Source: Octopus vulgaris (taxonomy: Eukaryota). Taken from it: 64,000 nt of DNA. Below the pieces are notes generated by a model. The model had not been told where the DNA came from, did no database searches, and was given only the letters and a program-made list of their open reading frames with translations. Positions 58,650 through 64,000 of this stretch are shown one piece after another. The DNA lies in NCBI GenBank assembly GCA_951406725.2, contig OX597832.1:19964001-20028000 (forward strand), written 5' to 3'. The translations under genes and the position numbers were made by a program. Positions within the stretch are counted from its first letter, which is position 1, and the number at the start of each line of letters is the position of its first letter.

Positions 58650-59160
58650 TGAGAGAAAGAGAGAGAGGAAAGGGAAAAGAGAGAGAGAGAGAGAGAACGA
58701 GTGAGGGAGAGTGAAATGGAGAAGGACAGTGAGAGAGAGAGAGTGAGAGAGAAAGAAATACAGAACATATTACAGATTAAGAGAACAGGACAGAAATACA
58801 GAGAAAATAGTAAGAGAGAGAAAGAGAGAGAGAGTGAGAGAGAAGAGGAGAGACAAATGAGAGTAATAAAGTAAGAGGGAGAGAAAAAGTAGATGAGAAA
58901 CGGAAGGAGAGAGTGAGAGAGAGAGAAAGAGAGTCAGAAGGAGAGGGAGATAGAAGGAGAGAGAGAGAGATAAAAGGAGAGGGAGAGAAAGAAATACAGA
59001 GCAATTTATAAATAGAGAGCGTCAGACAGAAGAGAGAGAGAGAGAGAGACAGAGACAGAAACAGAGAGAGACAGACAGAGACAGAGAGAGAGAAGCAGAG
59101 ACAGAGAGGAAATAGAAACTGAATGTTTATGCCAGAGAGAGAGAGAGAGAGAGTGTGTGA
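58650..59160 (+). repeat. GA-rich polypurine low-complexity tract
   Basis: Degenerate (GA)n and (GAGACA)n. Confidence 0.85.
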
Positions 59161-59563
59161 TTGAAAGATGAAGATGAGAAAAGGAACAAGGCTAAAGTCG
59201 AATAAATAAATAAATGTACATATATGAATAAATAGATGAATACAAATATAAATAGATAAGAAAAATCAAGAAGAAACAAAAACAATACGTAGAAATAAAG
59301 GAAAATAAGGCAGCAAAAATAAAAAGTGGTTCTTATGGTAGACATTGCTGGACTCATACATAACAAAGGAAGTTATACGGAGATCGAAAATGGCCGAAAT
59401 ATTCCGAAAATATTTTTGTTGCCATCACAAAATCTCATACAGATTTGCAATGCTAAAGGTACTTCAATTTCGACGATATTCGACTACAGAACTGTATAAG
59501 TTATATGTAATATAACAAACGTATTATAGACTGATGGATAAATTAACACATATACACACATGC

Positions 59564-59611
<48 letters not shown>

Positions 59612-59862
59612 ATATGTATTCATACACACATATACTTGCTTATGTATATTAATATACATTTATATATGCATTTTTAGAGATAGATAGATAGATAGATACA
59701 TTTATACGTACATACATATATATACATACATACATACATACATACATAAATAGATTGTCTCTAATTCTATATCTGTATTTATATATGTACATATATATAT
59801 ATATATATTTATATCCTTATCTATTTATCTCTTTCTTTTTCCCTATGTCTGTCTGTATGTTG

Positions 59863-59893
<31 letters not shown>

Positions 59894-60079
59894 AAGAGAT
59901 AGAGAGACAGAGAAAGAGAAAGAGATAAATCGTTAGGGAGGTAAGTAGAGATGTAGAAAATATGTTAAGACTTCAATGCATATATATTTGTATGTATCTG
60001 TATGTGTGTGTGAGTGTGTGTTAGATGTGTGCGCATGTAAGCGTGTGGATGTGATTCTATATATTTCATGTATAAATGC

Positions 60080-60112
<33 letters not shown>

Positions 60113-60368
60113 AGTCTAAATATGAACTATTATATAACATGGATACATATACATACATCTATCCATCTATCAATTTATCCCTCTATCTATATATCTGTCT
60201 GCTTGTCTGTCTATTTATCCCTTTATATATATATGTATGCATATAAATATTGATATACATGATTTCATATATATACGTATGTATGTATATATTATTTATT
60301 ATATTATATTACATGTATATTTATATACATTTATATAAGTATAGCTATATAAAAATATATATGTATAT

Positions 60369-60404
<36 letters not shown>

Positions 60405-60616
60405 GTATATTTATGAATGTATGAATGAATGTTTGTAGTATATGTATATGTATAATCAGAATCATTAAATCGTCGAAGCATAAATTTCCAGAAAATGAAT
60501 GTACAGTCGTAAAATCTCACCTTCCATATTAAAAAGAATGGAAACTCTCACGCACTCACAATTACTCATAGACACATACACCCACCCACACGCGCATTTG
60601 TATATATATATATATC

Positions 60617-60647
<31 letters not shown>

Positions 60648-60715
60648 ACATACGTACCCGTCCGTGTGTGCGTGTACATATGTTTAGACATGTGTGTGAC
60701 GCATAAGATCATATG

Positions 60716-60755
<40 letters not shown>

Positions 60756-61284
60756 CATACGTACCCGTTCGTGTGTGTGTGTGTGTGTACATATGTTTAG
60801 ACATGTGTGTGACGCATAATATCATGTGTGTGTGTATATATACACATCGTACCTGCTAAAAAATGTAGATCGAGTTATTCATGAAATCTATAGAATCTCT
60901 GTTGAGTACCATTGATGGAAATAATTGTTTTTCGTTGGTTTCTATGAGAAGAGACCGAGAAAGCAACTTACAGGTCGCAATTGAGGATCCTATGGTGACA
61001 AATATAATAGAATTCTTTTTTAATAGCACATCAGAAGACATATTCATCTCGTAATTAATATAGAAATTGCAATCTGTAGACTTTTCCAAAAATATTTCTT
61101 TGAAAAATTTGCTACGGAATTACGGGAGATCGTATTCGAATAAACTACAATATCATGAGTAAATGTATTTTACCATAGATCGAAACGTTGGTCACAAAAT
61201 CTGAAAGAAGATCACAGTGACAAATGCTTGTTTGGCTCTCATTATTTGTGTACTCGTTTGGCTGTCATTCTTTGAAACCACCAA

Positions 61285-61578
61285 ATAGTGGTCAGAGCAG
61301 CGGACTAGTGTTCGAGGGATCGCGGGTTCGAATCTCAGACTGGGCGATGTATGTGTTTATGAGCGAAACACCTAAGCTCTACGCGGCTCCAGCAGAAGGT
61401 AATTGCGAACAACTGCTGACTCTTTCGCCACAACATTCTCTCACTCTTTCCCCCTGCATCTTGCAGCTCACCTGTGACGGACATGCATCCGGTCCAGGTG
61501 GGGAAACTACACGTCAAGGAAACCGGGAAACCGGCCCTTATGACACAGACTGAGCCCGAGAAGGAACAAACAACAAGC
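61285..61578 (+). mobile_element. SINE family C (tRNA head) with V-domain-like body
   Basis: A/B-box head tagtggtcagagcagcggact…gggttcgaatctc; cctgtgacggacatgcatccggtccaggtgggg resembles the V-SINE domain; (ACA)-like tail. Confidence 0.75.
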
Positions 61579-62107
61579 AGAGTGCTTGAAGTAGAATAAT
61601 TTTGAAAATGAATGGTTAATATCAGTTTTAATCTGACAGGAAAACCAATGTAGAATTTCAAGATGATGAAATTTTGTTTTCTCAGAAAGAACCCAGAGAA
61701 ACTTTCTTAGTGTGAGGAGTATGGATTAATGAAATATGGGGTAAAGGAAATAGACATTAAAACGATCGAAGCGTAACAAATCAATGGTTAAGAAATATGA
61801 TACAATTTTAACAATTCAGACGGTGAAATGTTGCATACTGACTTTTCGGAATTTAATCTTTCATCACACAAAAAAGTGAAGCTAAAAAACCTGAGAGCTA
61901 GAAATACTGCGATTATAAAATAAACAACAGAAGGCGAAATAAGGAATGGTATTTTCTATAAACAAACGAGGACAAACAGAATACGACTTAAAATCCTCTC
62001 TTGTATCCTTCTTCTAACTGTATTTATTCACTTCCACACAGAAAAATAAAACCTTCTTCATTGCTCTTGCCATTAAACTTGATTCAAGGTCACCATTATT
62101 TTACTTT

Positions 62108-62250
62108 TATCTTTCAAACTCCGCCGATGTTGGCTTTGCCTTTCATCCTTTCGCGGTCGATAAATTAAGTACCAGTGAGAAACTGGGGTCGAAGCAATCG
62201 ACTCCCCTCCAGCCCCAAATTTCAGGCCTTGTGCCTATATTAAAAAGGAC
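62108..62250 (+). mobile_element. SINE family B, partial
   Basis: ctttgcctttcatcctttcgcggtcgataaattaagtaccag…ccccaaatttcaggccttgtgcc. Confidence 0.8.
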
Positions 62251-62749
62251 TGTTTTTTTTTCTCTCTCTGCTTTTTTCTCTCTCTCTCTCTCTTTCTGTC
62301 TTTCTTTCTATCTTGCTTTATTTCTTTCTCCCTCTCCCTATCTCCCATTCTCTCTCCCCCCCTCCCTCTTAAACATACACCCCCTCCCTCACGGCCTCAC
62401 ATACAAGTTTCACATGAGCGACCCAACGGAAATTCACACGCACCAACTTCCGCCCGACCCAGTTACTTTTCAACGCCATGACACCGCACACACGTACGCT
62501 CATTTATACATCATCTTTTATCTTATACTTGTTTCAGTCACTCGACTGCGGCCATGCTAGAATATTGCATTGAAGAACTTTTAGTCAAATGAGTCGCCCT
62601 TGGACTTATGTCTTTTAAAAGACGGGTACATATTCTATCGGTCCTTTATCACGAACCACCAATATTTTATTATTATCTCCCCTTCTTCCTAGCTCTCCTG
62701 TCAAACTATTTTCTCCCAACCAGTCGCAATGATTGATCACTAAATCCAC

Positions 62750-62919
62750 AATCTTTTTATTCTCTCTGTTTATTTCCTCATATTCCTTTCTGTTGAAGAG
62801 AGTAAGCTGAAAACGTAAAAGACTTCCCCTCTTTTCCGAGCGACAATCTAATACACCTTAATTGTTGTTCATACACTTACCTACGTCTTTTTACGAAATT
62901 TCTGTAAATTTCAACTATG

Positions 62920-62920
<1 letters not shown>
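62750..62920 (+). mobile_element. Penelope-like terminal-repeat fragment with degenerate hammerhead
   Basis: cttt-CTGTTGA-A-gagagtaagctg-AAAA-cg-TA-aaag; 3' end runs into (TA)n at about 62921. Confidence 0.6.
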
Positions 62921-62969
<49 letters not shown>

Positions 62970-63130
62970 CATGTATATATAGCATGTATATATACATGTA
63001 GATGTAGGTACGTACATATATGTTTGTATGTATGCATATATTTTATTTATTACACTATTGTATGACTGAGCGCCTTCGCGTCGATTCAATTCGATTCGTT
63101 TGGTTTCATTTCTTCTTCTCTAAGCTGGTT

Positions 63131-63198
<68 letters not shown>

Positions 63199-63379
63199 AT
63201 ATTAGGGAATAAATCCAAATTTACAAGGAAAAATCAGATTTAAGATTGAATCCAATTTTATAATAAAATATTATATTATATCAAATTAGAGACAAAACCA
63301 CTATTATGCAAATCAAACAAAGAAAGACTTAAGCCAATACATAAAATAATTTATATAAATTAAAATTTAACATATGAAT

Positions 63380-63431
63380 AACCACTACGATCGTTTCGTG
63401 TCAGCACATCTTAGACATTCTTCAGGTGGTT
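63380..63431 (-). ncRNA. minimal Type I hammerhead ribozyme, inverted identical copy
   Basis: Exact reverse complement of 63481-63532 in the left palindrome arm. Confidence 0.82.
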
Positions 63432-63480
63432 TCAAAACCTTCTTAGCGAGTTTTAAATTATGAACTCGCTAAGGTTTTGA

Positions 63481-63532
63481 AACCACCTGAAGAATGTCTA
63501 AGATGTGCTGACACGAAACGATCGTAGTGGTT
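63481..63532 (+). ncRNA. minimal Type I hammerhead ribozyme (canonical C3:G8 core)
   Basis: AACCAC-CUGAAGA-A-UGUC-uaagaugugcu-GACA-C-GAAA-CGAUCG-UA-GUGGUU: 6-bp helix I, CUGANGA and GAAA boxes, palindromic helix III, GUA site with a predicted cut after 63526. A·C apposition at the base of helix II. Confidence 0.82.
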
Positions 63533-64000
63533 ATTCATATGTTAAATTTTAATTTATATAAATTATTTTATGTATTGGCTTAAGTCTTTCTTTGTTTGAT
63601 TTGCATAATAGTGGTTTTGTCTCTAATTTGATATAATATATATATATATATATATACGTATATAAACGACGAGCTTACTTCAGTTTCCGTCCACCAAAAC
63701 TACTCAGAAGAATTTGGTCAGTCCGACTTTATGGCAAACTTGCCTAAGGTGCCAACACTGTGGGACCGAACAATAAGTTGCCGGCGCCTACAAACTAAAC
63801 ATAAACGTCCACTGCTTGCACTTTCTCGAACTACAAACATAGATACACCACGGCATATAAATATAAACCCCTGCGTTTTCCTCTCTTTCTAACAACCCCA
63901 TACAATAATATTCCCGAACCCAATGCCAATTTACTGTGTTAAAGTGTCCGACCGCTTCAGTGTTCGTTTTATGTATTCAAAACATTTTCGACTCTACCAA

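Larger units (their letters stand above)
63272..63640. repeat. long palindrome with about 180-bp arms and a 10-nt loop
   Basis: 63272-63452 is the reverse complement of 63463-63640 except for a 3-nt indel next to the loop. Confidence 0.96.

Noticed and set aside
61170-61195. gatcgaaacgttggtc as another hammerhead
   Set aside because: Only the GAAAC-GUU half is present, with no upstream core or helix II. The ctgaagag at about 30927 likewise lacks the GAAA half.
61285-61345. tRNA gene
   Set aside because: A/B boxes are present but there is no full cloverleaf or acceptor stem, and the sequence continues into a SINE body. The same applies to the family A heads.

Overview
AT-rich, microsatellite-saturated eukaryotic non-coding DNA with no supportable host gene exon. 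The SINE and microsatellite landscape looks like an Octopus (coleoid cephalopod) genome; that is inferred from repeat recognition, not from a search. Almost all ORFs in the track are translations of simple repeats. Real content: many tRNA-derived SINE copies from at least three families, decayed LINE fragments (RTE, RTE-X, L1/Tx1-like), a same-strand nest of R4/Dong-like RLE retrotransposon pieces in (TAA)n/(GAA)n arrays at 44.8-49.1 kb, an internally deleted mariner, MITE- and Helitron-like pieces, and a 17-bp G-rich minisatellite. The most notable signal is a set of unrelated short elements carrying minimal Type I hammerhead ribozyme folds of the kind found in Penelope-like elements. Across them the core tertiary pair 3:8 occurs as C:G (63.4-63.5 kb), G:C (10.95 kb) and U:A (42.35 kb). 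Several of these elements are asymmetric fold-back palindromes bounded by (TA)n on both sides.
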